A DNA stretch of 64,000 nucleotides, taken from the IMG/VR virus record IMGVR_UViG_3300033571_024432, positions 1 to 64,000 of that record; one strand, given 5' to 3'. This document shows positions 1-8,079 of this stretch, in pieces. The DNA is from a virus. The notes under the pieces were generated by a model that saw nothing but the letters and a program-made list of their open reading frames with translations, was not told the origin of the DNA and ran no database searches. How positions within the stretch are numbered: position 1 is the first letter of the stretch; the number at the start of each line of letters is the position of its first letter. The translations under genes were made by a program, and so were the position numbers.

Positions 1-2
1 AT

Positions 3-125
3 CACGGTACAGGTACAATACATGAAAACGAACCTGAGCAGATGCATATTATAACTTTTGGAGATGATACATCTTTTTATAAATATATTGGTACATTTGA
101 CAATATTCATAATAAATTTTTATAA
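3..125 (+). CDS. 3' end of a gene paralogous to 52778 and 54462 (putative ART-like family), 5'-truncated by the window edge
   Basis: Manual translation from base 3 gives HGTGTIHENEPEQMHIITFGDDTSFYKYIGTFDNIHNKFL*, matching NNTGTIHENEPTQMHILTFGENDSFYEYVGTF in 54462..56294. Confidence 0.85.
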   Translation, partial: HGTGTIHENEPEQMHIITFGDDTSFYKYIGTFDNIHNKFL

Positions 126-159
126 ATATATTGGTGCTTTTTACAATATTCATAATTTA
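74..159 (+). repeat. Imperfect 43-bp tandem duplication
   Basis: tttttataaatatattggtacatttgacaatattcataat starts at 74; tttttataaatatattggtgctttttacaatattcataat starts at 117. Confidence 0.85.
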
Positions 160-199
160 TTCAATAAATATAAAATAAAATAATAAAAAAGGTATTTTT

Positions 200-1201
200 A
201 TGCTATTAAATGAAAGAAAGTTAATTAATACATTAAAAAAATTAATAAAAGAAGCTTTAAAATCAACAGATTTTCAAAATTTTAGAATATCTCCAAAAGA
301 TAAAGGCTCACATCCAATGTATAAAGGTTCTAGAGATGGTAAAGAATATTTTATAAAATTTCCAGGAACAGGTCGTTTTACAAATGATGGACCAATATTA
401 AATGCATTAAATGAATATTTGTTTTTTAAATTATATGAATTATATGCAAATGCAGGACCTGAAAATAAACAATATTTTAGACAACCAAGTGATGTTCAGT
501 TAGTTATGATGAATAATAATCGTGGTGGTGTTAATTTAGGTATTGGCTCTGTAACAGCAACTGTAACTGATGAGTTTGGTGGAGGAGGTGGTTATCAAAG
601 TGTAGGTTACAAGATAAAAGAATATGTAAATGAAATTTGGCATGATGCAGGTTTACATGTAGGTAGTAGATATTATGTTGATTCTTTATTTGCAAACTGG
701 GATCAACCAAAAAATATGATTTATGATATAGAAAAAAATAAAGCTACAAATAAATACAAATTAAAAGGTGTTACAGGTATTGATCCTGGTGGTTCTGGTT
801 TTTATAGGGCTAGAGGTGAGCGTAAAGAACCTTCTCAGTTTGCTGATTCGACTGATGTTACTGAATTGGATCAATTTGGAAGAATGCCTAGTCGTGATAT
901 CAGGGATGGAGCGGGTGGAACTTACTTATATCCTTTCAGAAATGATAGTTTATCTCAACGAATATTTTTTAGCGTATCCAAAGAAGATATTATTAATAAA
1001 ATAAGTGAAGTTTGTAATGAGGTTTCTCAAGATTTAATAGATAATTCTTTAGCCGATTTTGAAGATAATTTATTAGAAAATTTTCAAAACGATTGCGAAA
1101 GATTAAAAGAAATTTTGCCTAGAAGATATGATATAATAGCAAATAGAATCAAAACTGGCAATATACCTAGAACAGAAAAAACAAGTAAAAATCAATTTTA
1201 A
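200..1201 (+). CDS. Atypical kinase-like protein (PI3K/PI4K or HipA-like) with N-terminal leader
   Basis: YFIKF...NEYLFFKLY (Lys/Glu pair), DSLFANWD..N catalytic-loop-like segment, and GIDPGG (IDxG metal-binding-like). Confidence 0.5.
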   Translation: MLLNERKLINTLKKLIKEALKSTDFQNFRISPKDKGSHPMYKGSRDGKEYFIKFPGTGRFTNDGPILNALNEYLFFKLYELYANAGPENKQYFRQPSDVQLVMMNNNRGGVNLGIGSVTATVTDEFGGGGGYQSVGYKIKEYVNEIWHDAGLHVGSRYYVDSLFANWDQPKNMIYDIEKNKATNKYKLKGVTGIDPGGSGFYRARGERKEPSQFADSTDVTELDQFGRMPSRDIRDGAGGTYLYPFRNDSLSQRIFFSVSKEDIINKISEVCNEVSQDLIDNSLADFEDNLLENFQNDCERLKEILPRRYDIIANRIKTGNIPRTEKTSKNQF

Positions 1202-1216
1202 TTTAAAAAATAATAA

Positions 1217-1245
1217 TTGTAGAATCTTATAAAAAATAATATAAT
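1217..1245 (+). promoter_or_regulatory. Sigma70-type promoter TTGTAG-N17-TATAAT
   Basis: Intergenic; one mismatch to the TTGTAA-N17-TATAAT element found exactly four times in the window. Confidence 0.55.
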
Positions 1246-1271
1246 TTTTAAATGAATATAAGGATTTTAAA

Positions 1272-1628
1272 ATGAATATTGAAATATTACAAAAAATTAA
1301 AAATAAAAAAGAAGATGATTTATATTTTATACAAATGGAAGAAGCCCCTTTTTATTTTAAAATTGGTAGAACTAAAAATATTGAAAAAAGATTAAAACAA
1401 TTACAAACAGGTTCAGGAATAAAATTAAGATTGGTTCATTTATTTAAAGGTATGGGTCATAAAGAAAAATATTTACATGAAGAATTATATAGATGGAGAC
1501 AATCTGGAGAATGGTTTGCAAGTAATAGATATTCTATTGGTGCATTACCTACTGAATTTTATGAAAAACTAAATGAAAATTCATTAATACAAGATAATGA
1601 AAACTGGGTTATGGGTATAAAAAAATAA
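1272..1628 (+). CDS. GIY-YIG superfamily protein, T5orf172/MUG113 type
   Basis: LYFIQ...FKIGRTKNIEKRLKQLQTG...EKYLHEEL...GEWF. Confidence 0.8.
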   Translation: MNIEILQKIKNKKEDDLYFIQMEEAPFYFKIGRTKNIEKRLKQLQTGSGIKLRLVHLFKGMGHKEKYLHEELYRWRQSGEWFASNRYSIGALPTEFYEKLNENSLIQDNENWVMGIKK

Positions 1629-1648
1629 ACAACAACACCATCTAACCA

Positions 1649-1667
1649 ATCTAATACGTGGACAAAA
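1649..1667 (+). repeat. 19-bp intergenic element, copy 1 (ATCTAATACGTGGACAAAA)
   Basis: Identical to 40384..40402; abuts the ATG at 1668. Confidence 0.85.
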
Positions 1668-1925
1668 ATGTATTTTGTATATCTTTTAATATGCAATGAT
1701 AATTCTTTATATTGCGGAATAACTAATAATTTAGAAAAAAGAATAAATGAACATAATAATTCTAAAAAAGGCGCAAAATATACTTTAAGTAGAAGACCTG
1801 TTAAATTATACTGGTATACAATAACAGAAAATAAATCTTATGCATTAAAATTAGAATATAATATTAAAAAAATGACTAGAAAAAATAAATTAAATTTAAT
1901 AGAATATATTTGCCCATATTTATAA
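1668..1925 (+). CDS. Small GIY-YIG nuclease (YhbQ-like)
   Basis: YFVYLLICNDNSLYCGITNNLEKRINEHN...GAKYT..RRPVKL...ALKLEYNIKK. Confidence 0.88.
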   Translation: MYFVYLLICNDNSLYCGITNNLEKRINEHNNSKKGAKYTLSRRPVKLYWYTITENKSYALKLEYNIKKMTRKNKLNLIEYICPYL

Positions 1926-1948
1926 ATATTTATAAAAACAGGCGACGT

Positions 1949-3226
1949 ATGATTATAACAGAAAAAAAAATTAGAATTTTAATTAAAAAATTATTAGAAA
2001 GTAATTTAACAGATCTAGAAAAAAGATACAAAGAAGATATTATACAAAAAAATTCTGATATTAAAAATAGATATAAACAAAAAAATTTAACTCCAAATAG
2101 TTGGGATTTTTTAGATTATACTGCTAATATTTTGAGAAGTTTAGATAAACCTGATCCTAAAATTTATGGTACAAATCATTTTTCGTTAGGACAAAAAATA
2201 GAGAAAGTAGACGAAATATTAAGAAACGATTTAGGTTTTAAGAAAGTAGGGTTTGGAGCATTTCGTGAAGTATATGCACGTGAAGATGTACCATTTATTG
2301 TTAAATTAGAAGCGGCTTCATTTGGAAATATAACTGGATCAAATTCAAATGAATATGATAAATATTTTAATTACGGTCCTGATAATTATCCTAGAAATGA
2401 TCTTTTTACAAAGATTTATGCATATGATCATAAAGATTCAGCATGGATTATATTTGAAAAAGTTAATGTATTTAGTCCAAATAATAAAAATTTAGTTATA
2501 TATGATATGTTCGCACCTTTTATAAATTTTTTAAGTAAAATACTAAATTTTATAATGAATGATTCTTATTATAGTAAATATTATAATCGTAGTAACTATT
2601 TAGATGCTATTATTAAAAAAGATGAATCATATGCAACAGAAATTTTTCATAATATTATAACATTTATTGAACAGGTATCAACTAATTATAAAAAAACTGG
2701 TGATTTACAAGAAGCATTTATTAATACTTTTATTAATTTGATATTGATATATGCATTTGGCAAACATATATATTCTATAGACAATCCTTTTACTAAGATG
2801 TATCATAAAGAAATAAATGAACAAAATAAATTTGTAAATATATTTAAAAAGAGATTATCAGATGCTAATATTAAGATTAAAATAACACCAGATATTTCAT
2901 ATATTTGTAACTTTTTAAAGAATGATGAAGTTAAAGATCTACATATTGGTAATGTAGGTTATAGAAATGATGCATTAACTACTAATAAAAATAAACCATG
3001 GGAGAGTTTTGTTATATTGGATTTTGGAGAATTTGGTAATTTAGATAAAATGTCTATAGAAATAGATGATAATCAATATAACCAAGAAGAATTAGATCAA
3101 CAAATGTTTAATGATTTAGAAAATTTATCAGATGAAGAGTTGAGTAGAATGGAAAACGAATCTTTTGATTTTGATGAAATGAATTATGATTATTTAGATG
3201 ATTTAGATGATGATAAAAAAGAATAA
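1949..3226 (+). CDS. Protein kinase-like enzyme, paralog 1, with N-terminal leader and acidic tail
   Basis: GFGAFREVY Gly-loop, FIVKLE, WIIFEKV hinge, DLHIGN catalytic loop, ILDFG. Start moved from 1910 to the ATG at 1949 (MIITEKKIRILIKKLLES). Confidence 0.8.
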   Translation: MIITEKKIRILIKKLLESNLTDLEKRYKEDIIQKNSDIKNRYKQKNLTPNSWDFLDYTANILRSLDKPDPKIYGTNHFSLGQKIEKVDEILRNDLGFKKVGFGAFREVYAREDVPFIVKLEAASFGNITGSNSNEYDKYFNYGPDNYPRNDLFTKIYAYDHKDSAWIIFEKVNVFSPNNKNLVIYDMFAPFINFLSKILNFIMNDSYYSKYYNRSNYLDAIIKKDESYATEIFHNIITFIEQVSTNYKKTGDLQEAFINTFINLILIYAFGKHIYSIDNPFTKMYHKEINEQNKFVNIFKKRLSDANIKIKITPDISYICNFLKNDEVKDLHIGNVGYRNDALTTNKNKPWESFVILDFGEFGNLDKMSIEIDDNQYNQEELDQQMFNDLENLSDEELSRMENESFDFDEMNYDYLDDLDDDKKE

Positions 3227-3244
3227 TAATTTTATATATAAATG

Positions 3245-3334
3245 ATCACCAGAACATCCAGAATTAATCTTATATTGAAGAATATAATTTATATTTATTT
3301 TATTACTTTATTTAATTCTGGATGTTCTGGCGAT
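3245..3334. repeat. 23-bp inverted repeat with one mismatch and a 44-nt AT-rich spacer
   Basis: atcaccagaacatccagaattaa (3245..3267) versus ttaattctggatgttctggcgat (3312..3334). Confidence 0.85.
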
Positions 3335-3356
3335 AAAATAATAAAATAATAAATAT

Positions 3357-3385
3357 TTGTAAAGTTTTAAATTTTTAATTATAAT
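3357..3385 (+). promoter_or_regulatory. Sigma70-type promoter TTGTAA-N17-TATAAT
   Basis: TTGTAA 3357-3362 and TATAAT 3380-3385, upstream of the ThyX-like cluster. Confidence 0.65.
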
Positions 3386-3436
3386 AATTTTATATACATT
3401 TATTATTTTATTATTTTATACTAAAAAGAGGGATTT

Positions 3437-4381
3437 ATGACAGAGCAAAAAGGTTTTAAAAATAGTTTTCTAGATTCTGTAGGTGTAGAAATTGTTCGAA
3501 CAACACATGAAAAGCCATTTGAAATGTTTTGGGATTGGTTTAAACAAACATGGATTACATTACAAGATGTTAAATTTGATCATACAAATGAAGAACATTG
3601 GCAAGCTTGTTTAGATGTATTAAGTAGAAATGCACTTCCTACACCTATGGAAGTATTAAATTTTGAAATTAAAGTAACAGGTTTAAGTAGAGTTGCATTG
3701 GCACAAATCACAAGAGGTAGAGTAGGTTGGGCTTATGTTGTTGAATCTCAAATGCCTCAACATATTAATCATATGGTAACAATCCCAGCAAATATTGCTA
3801 GACATGAAAAATTCTCAGAAAGAGCACAATTATTAGCTAAATTATCACAAGATTTATATGATGATATGTATAATGATGGTATTCCACCTCAAGATTGTAG
3901 ATATTTAACTTTACATGGACAACAAACAGCAATGATTATGCAATGTAATTATGCTGCATTATTAGGGTATTTTGCAAGAAGATGCGAAAATGGTTTAACT
4001 GATGAACTCAATTTAGTAGGTAGATTAATTTTAAGGGAATTAAAAAATACATTTTTAAATGCAGACGGAACAGATAAATGTGAAGGTAGCGGTTGGTCAA
4101 TTTTACTAAATAAAATGGACGGCATGGGAGGAAGTAAAGTATGTCTAAATGTTGATAAAGTTTTTGGAAATACAGGTCGTGCTCCATCTGCAAATAATAA
4201 GGTTCCAACATTATTAGATGGTTCATGTGATTACGATTTTAGTAAATCAGCATGGTATTTTGAATTACAAGATTTACCTGAAGATTTATTATTTCCTGGT
4301 GAAAAAGAAATGATTGAAGATTTTAAAAACATTGGATTTGTAGGTAGATTAAAAAAGTTAGAAGAAAGTAGAAAGAAATAA
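3437..4381 (+). CDS. Divergent flavin-dependent thymidylate synthase (ThyX)-fold protein
   Basis: FEIKVTGLSRVALAQITRGRVGWAYVVESQ aligns with the ThyX RHRxxxxxxxSxR region; PPQDCRYL and CNYAALLGYFARRC align with later ThyX blocks. Confidence 0.7.
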   Translation: MTEQKGFKNSFLDSVGVEIVRTTHEKPFEMFWDWFKQTWITLQDVKFDHTNEEHWQACLDVLSRNALPTPMEVLNFEIKVTGLSRVALAQITRGRVGWAYVVESQMPQHINHMVTIPANIARHEKFSERAQLLAKLSQDLYDDMYNDGIPPQDCRYLTLHGQQTAMIMQCNYAALLGYFARRCENGLTDELNLVGRLILRELKNTFLNADGTDKCEGSGWSILLNKMDGMGGSKVCLNVDKVFGNTGRAPSANNKVPTLLDGSCDYDFSKSAWYFELQDLPEDLLFPGEKEMIEDFKNIGFVGRLKKLEESRKK

Positions 4382-4908
4382 TGTCAGTATTTATTTTTGA
4401 TGGTCCAGATGGTTGTGGTAAAACTACATTAGCTAAAAGAATATCTAAAGAATTAAATATGCCATATCATAAGAACCCATATGAACATGGTGAATGGAAA
4501 CACCCTGATAGATATAAACTTATGTTGAGATATACTGATCTTTATTTTTTAACATATTTAAAAAATTCTAGAAATGATGTATGTTTAGATAGATCATGGA
4601 CAACAGAATGGGTATATAGTCAAGTATTTAATAGAGGTAATGATTTTGAATTTCTTCATAAATTAGATGATTTATTATCGTCAATTGAAAACAGCGTATT
4701 AATTATTACAACAAGGACAAATTTACCAAATCAGGAAGACGAGTTAGAAGGAATTAATGATAATTGGTTTAAAATTAGAGACAAGTATGAAGAATTATCT
4801 AGTTGGACAAAAAACAAAGTGATTTATATCAATACAGAGAATAAAACGCAAGAAGAAACATATGTATATTGTTTAGAAAAATTAAAACAATTAGGATTAT
4901 TAAAATGA
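4381..4908 (+). CDS. Thymidylate/dNMP kinase-like P-loop protein
   Basis: FIFDGPDGCGKTT Walker A and CLDRSW..EWVYS (DR motif of TMP kinases). ATG overlaps the upstream stop. Confidence 0.8.
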   Translation: MSVFIFDGPDGCGKTTLAKRISKELNMPYHKNPYEHGEWKHPDRYKLMLRYTDLYFLTYLKNSRNDVCLDRSWTTEWVYSQVFNRGNDFEFLHKLDDLLSSIENSVLIITTRTNLPNQEDELEGINDNWFKIRDKYEELSSWTKNKVIYINTENKTQEETYVYCLEKLKQLGLLK

Positions 4909-5105
4909 GTAATTTAAAAGAAAATATTTATAATGATTTAGGTATTATTGAACTTAGAGAAAATTTAAAAAATCTTAATATAGAAATATCTAAAATTGAT
5001 ACAGAAATTTTGCAACTTGCACAAAAAAAATCATATTTACAATCATGTCTACATTCAATAAATAATGAATTGAATAAAGATTTATTAAATCAAAATTACA
5101 AATAA
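4905..5105 (+). CDS. Small coiled-coil hypothetical protein
   Basis: ATG at 4905 overlaps the upstream stop; heptad pattern. Confidence 0.55.
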   Translation: MSNLKENIYNDLGIIELRENLKNLNIEISKIDTEILQLAQKKSYLQSCLHSINNELNKDLLNQNYK

Positions 5106-5118
5106 GGAAAAATATACG

Positions 5119-5496
5119 ATGAATTTAGAACCCTTTGGACCACATCTTACATTTGATATAAAATGTAAAAATACTGAAGCATTAAACGACTACAATAAAG
5201 TTTTTAAGTTTTTACATGAATTGCCTGATAAAATTGGAATGACAAAAATTACGCAACCATATGTTTTTCCATATGCAGGCTTAGTTCCTGAAGATGAAGG
5301 TATTACAGGGATTGTGATTATTGCTGAATCACATATTAGTATTCATACGTTTCCTATGAAAAATTACGCGTTTATTGATATTTTTTCATGCAAACCATTT
5401 GATTGGTCAAATATCAGTAATATTATCAAAGATACATTTCAAGCTGATGAAATGGAATTTAATATAGTACAAAGAGGAAAAGATTTTCCTAGATAA
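5119..5496 (+). CDS. speD: S-adenosylmethionine decarboxylase proenzyme (pyruvoyl-dependent)
   Basis: FGPHLTFD...GITGIVIIAE|SHISIHTFP...AFIDIFSCKPFD...RG; the self-cleavage site E-S is intact. Confidence 0.9.
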   Translation: MNLEPFGPHLTFDIKCKNTEALNDYNKVFKFLHELPDKIGMTKITQPYVFPYAGLVPEDEGITGIVIIAESHISIHTFPMKNYAFIDIFSCKPFDWSNISNIIKDTFQADEMEFNIVQRGKDFPR

Positions 5497-5506
5497 AAAG
5501 GCTTTT

Positions 5507-5827
5507 ATGTCACAAGAATTTTTTGAAAAATATAAAAATGAAATCACAAGAATTATTAATGTTTTAATGGCACTATTCTCATTATTAGTAGGCTTTAATA
5601 TTGGTTCAGGATCTAGAAATCAAGAAATAAATATTTTAAAAAACCAATTAAAAGAATCAAATGAGTTTATTAATGTTTTAAATAAAACATATAATGATGA
5701 AAAAAAATCTTATGATTTAAAATGTAAACAAGAAATAAATAATGCCATTCTTTTTGAAATAAAAAACAAAGAACAAATGATTAAAGAATACAAATCAATT
5801 TGTAAAGAATTTAATGAAATGAAGTGA
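5507..5827 (+). CDS. Membrane protein with N-terminal TM and coiled coil
   Basis: Hydrophobic IINVLMALFSLLVGFNIG followed by a coiled coil. Confidence 0.6.
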   Translation: MSQEFFEKYKNEITRIINVLMALFSLLVGFNIGSGSRNQEINILKNQLKESNEFINVLNKTYNDEKKSYDLKCKQEINNAILFEIKNKEQMIKEYKSICKEFNEMK

Positions 5828-5830
5828 AAA

Positions 5831-6310
5831 ATGAAAAATAAATTTTTAATTACCATTTTTTTTTTAATATGCTTTAATTTAAATGCACAAGAAAAAATAA
5901 ATGATGTTAATCAAAATGGTTTACCAGATCAACATGAAAATTCAATTTTAAGAACAGCTGAAAGAATTTGTAATATGCCTGGTATACAGGATATTTTAAG
6001 TAAGCAAATTGAAGATCTTAAGCTACAAATTGTTGAATTAAAAACAGAAAAAGAAAAGTTAGAAAAAACAATATCAGATAATAAAATAAAATTTGATATT
6101 GAATTTAAAGAAAAAGAAAATCAATGTAATGATAAAATAAAAGATATTAATTTAGAAAAAGATAAATTATTATCAACTTTATCTGATAAAAAACAAGAAT
6201 TGGCTGTCTGCGAAATAAAACAAAATGAAAAATTATTAGACAGATTTATCACTGCTGGGATTGGTGTTTTTGGCGCATCTTCATGCTTTTTTATTCAAAA
6301 ATTAGATTAA
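5831..6310 (+). CDS. Signal-peptide-bearing coiled-coil protein with hydrophobic C-terminus
   Basis: MKNKFLITIFFLICFNLNA signal-like N-terminus; FITAGIGVFGASSCFF near the C-terminus. Confidence 0.6.
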   Translation: MKNKFLITIFFLICFNLNAQEKINDVNQNGLPDQHENSILRTAERICNMPGIQDILSKQIEDLKLQIVELKTEKEKLEKTISDNKIKFDIEFKEKENQCNDKIKDINLEKDKLLSTLSDKKQELAVCEIKQNEKLLDRFITAGIGVFGASSCFFIQKLD

Positions 6311-6367
6311 AAATAATATATAATTAGGATATATAAAATATAATAATATAGAATATCGGGTTTAAAA

Positions 6368-6853
6368 ATGTCTAATATGGGAATTAACTCTTCAAATAAT
6401 GATTTTAACGCTTTAATAATTCAACAACTCAATCATATTTCAAATCAAATATCAAAACAAACTAGTGAATTAAACGCAGAAATTCAATCTTTAAAAAAAG
6501 AAATGTCATCTTTAAACGCAAAATTTGAAGCATAAGACGGTTTAATTAATAGTCTAGAAAATTGGAAAAAAGATGTATCTCAAATTATTACATTACACGA
6601 TTTGACAGAATTAAAATCACAAAAACAAACTATTACAATTATTCAAAACAAATTAGATCAACATGATACTGAATTAATTAATTTATCAACAAATCACAAT
6701 AATGATGATACAAGATATTCTAATAAATTTAAAGATATCGACGATTCAATTAGACAACTACAAGAATTTAAAATAAAAGCTTTCACAATTTTTAGCGTTG
6801 TTCAAATTATCATGACAGTTGCTCTTTTTTGGAAAGAAATGTTTGGAAAATAA
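6368..6853 (+). pseudogene. Coiled-coil plus C-terminal TM gene interrupted by one in-frame TAA (6533-6535)
   Basis: ATG 6368 is in frame with track ORF 6602..6853; the only break is GCA-TAA-GAC. Confidence 0.65.
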
Positions 6854-6900
6854 TACATATATATTATATAAATTATAATTAAACAAAAACAGGAGAAAAA

Positions 6901-7161
6901 ATGAGAATTTCCAAAGACAGATTATCACAAATTATTGCAGAAGAATATTCACGCGCAAAAAGAAATAGACTAAATGAAGGAACACAATATAATCCTATCA
7001 AATTAGACCCACAATCACTTCGTCTTATGATTATGCAAGAAGCAAGAAAAATCGAAGAAGAAAGACTTTTAGAATCACATAGAAATAGAAAAAATGTCAT
7101 CAAACTAGATGCACACTCACTCAGACAAATGATTATGCAAGAAGCAAGAAGATATAATTAA
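6901..7161 (+). CDS. Small repeat protein, putative head core or internal protein
   Basis: RBS AGGAG; repeats IKLDPQSLRLMIMQEAR and IKLDAHSLRQMIMQEAR, separated by LNE and LLES. Confidence 0.7.
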   Translation: MRISKDRLSQIIAEEYSRAKRNRLNEGTQYNPIKLDPQSLRLMIMQEARKIEEERLLESHRNRKNVIKLDAHSLRQMIMQEARRYN

Positions 7162-7176
7162 TTTTTTTTATTTTTT

Positions 7177-7205
7177 TTGTAAAAGTAATTTTATTTTATT
7201 ATAAT
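7177..7205 (+). promoter_or_regulatory. Sigma70-type promoter TTGTAA-N17-TATAAT
   Basis: TTGTAA 7177-7182 and TATAAT 7200-7205. Confidence 0.65.
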
Positions 7206-7248
7206 ATCCTTTATAAATTAAAAAAATAAAAACAAAGGATATTTTATT

Positions 7249-7464
7249 ATGCAATTAACTCCAGAACAAGTAGGTTCAGTCAATCTTTTATTAGCAGCAG
7301 CTCAATTAGCACAAAAAAGAGGCGCTTTTTCATTGAAAGAAGCACACGCTTTACAAGAAGCAATTGAACTACTAGCACCTCATACAGCTTCAGAAGAAGA
7401 AATGCAACAAATGCATCAAGCACAACAAGAACAAGAATTAAATCAAGAAAGAACAGAAAAATAA
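7249..7464 (+). CDS. Hypothetical protein
   Basis: RBS AAGGA; downstream of the promoter at 7177. Confidence 0.7.
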   Translation: MQLTPEQVGSVNLLLAAAQLAQKRGAFSLKEAHALQEAIELLAPHTASEEEMQQMHQAQQEQELNQERTEK

Positions 7465-7509
7465 TTTTTTTTGTGTAAAATAATTTTTTATTAATATTTA
7501 TAATTAAGC

Positions 7510-7547
7510 TCATGCCAATTGACAAACGGAATATACACGTGGCATGA
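7510..7547 (+). promoter_or_regulatory. Leader hairpin upstream of 7580
   Basis: tcatgcca (7510-7517) pairs with tggcatga (7540-7547) in an unusually GC-rich intergenic patch. Confidence 0.45.
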
Positions 7548-7579
7548 AATCATGTATACTATAAAAATAGGAGAGTCAA

Positions 7580-8062
7580 ATGCCAAAGATTATCATTGAT
7601 GACACAAAAGGTCTATATCAAACATCAGGTAAGGGTGTGGTCGGTTTAACACAATCCAAGACAGTAAATGTCGCTTGGGTATCAGGTGCTACAATTAGTT
7701 CAGGCGCAATTGTTGTACCAGCAAATTCTTTAATTACAGCTTTTCATACAGTTGTAACTACAACATTAGTAGGTGGCGCAACCCCATCAGTAACTGTAGG
7801 TACTACTGTAGCTGGTAATGAATTAGCTCTATCTAAACAAATTTCAAATACAGCAGCACAGGCTGTTGCTGGAAAAGGCCAAAGTACTAATCCTGAATTA
7901 AACACAGCTTTAGCAGCCGATGCAGGTAATGAACAATTAGTAATTGTGGCTGGTCAAGCTTATAGAGCCGCTGAAACAACTGCACATTTTACAATTACAG
8001 CTGCTGCTAATTTAACAGCAGGTGCTGCACAATTTACAGTTGAATTTATTACATTTGCGTAA
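7580..8062 (+). CDS. Putative virion structural protein (decoration or fibre-like), paralog A
   Basis: Ala/Gly/Thr/Val-rich, AGGAG RBS. Shares N-terminal KIIIDDxKGLYQT and C-terminal FxVEFITF with 8080..8610. Lies upstream of neck genes. Confidence 0.55.
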   Translation: MPKIIIDDTKGLYQTSGKGVVGLTQSKTVNVAWVSGATISSGAIVVPANSLITAFHTVVTTTLVGGATPSVTVGTTVAGNELALSKQISNTAAQAVAGKGQSTNPELNTALAADAGNEQLVIVAGQAYRAAETTAHFTITAAANLTAGAAQFTVEFITFA

Positions 8063-8079
8063 GAATAGAGGTAAAGATT

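Noticed and set aside
1910-1948. Track starts at 1910, 38283, 60518, 34673 and 4869
   Set aside because: Downstream ATGs (1949, 38358, 60548, 34685, 4905) fit better on RBS, overlap or leader-motif grounds.
7519-7547. TTGACA at 7519 as a -35 box
   Set aside because: No -10 hexamer lies at 16-18 bp spacing; the sequence sits in a hairpin loop.
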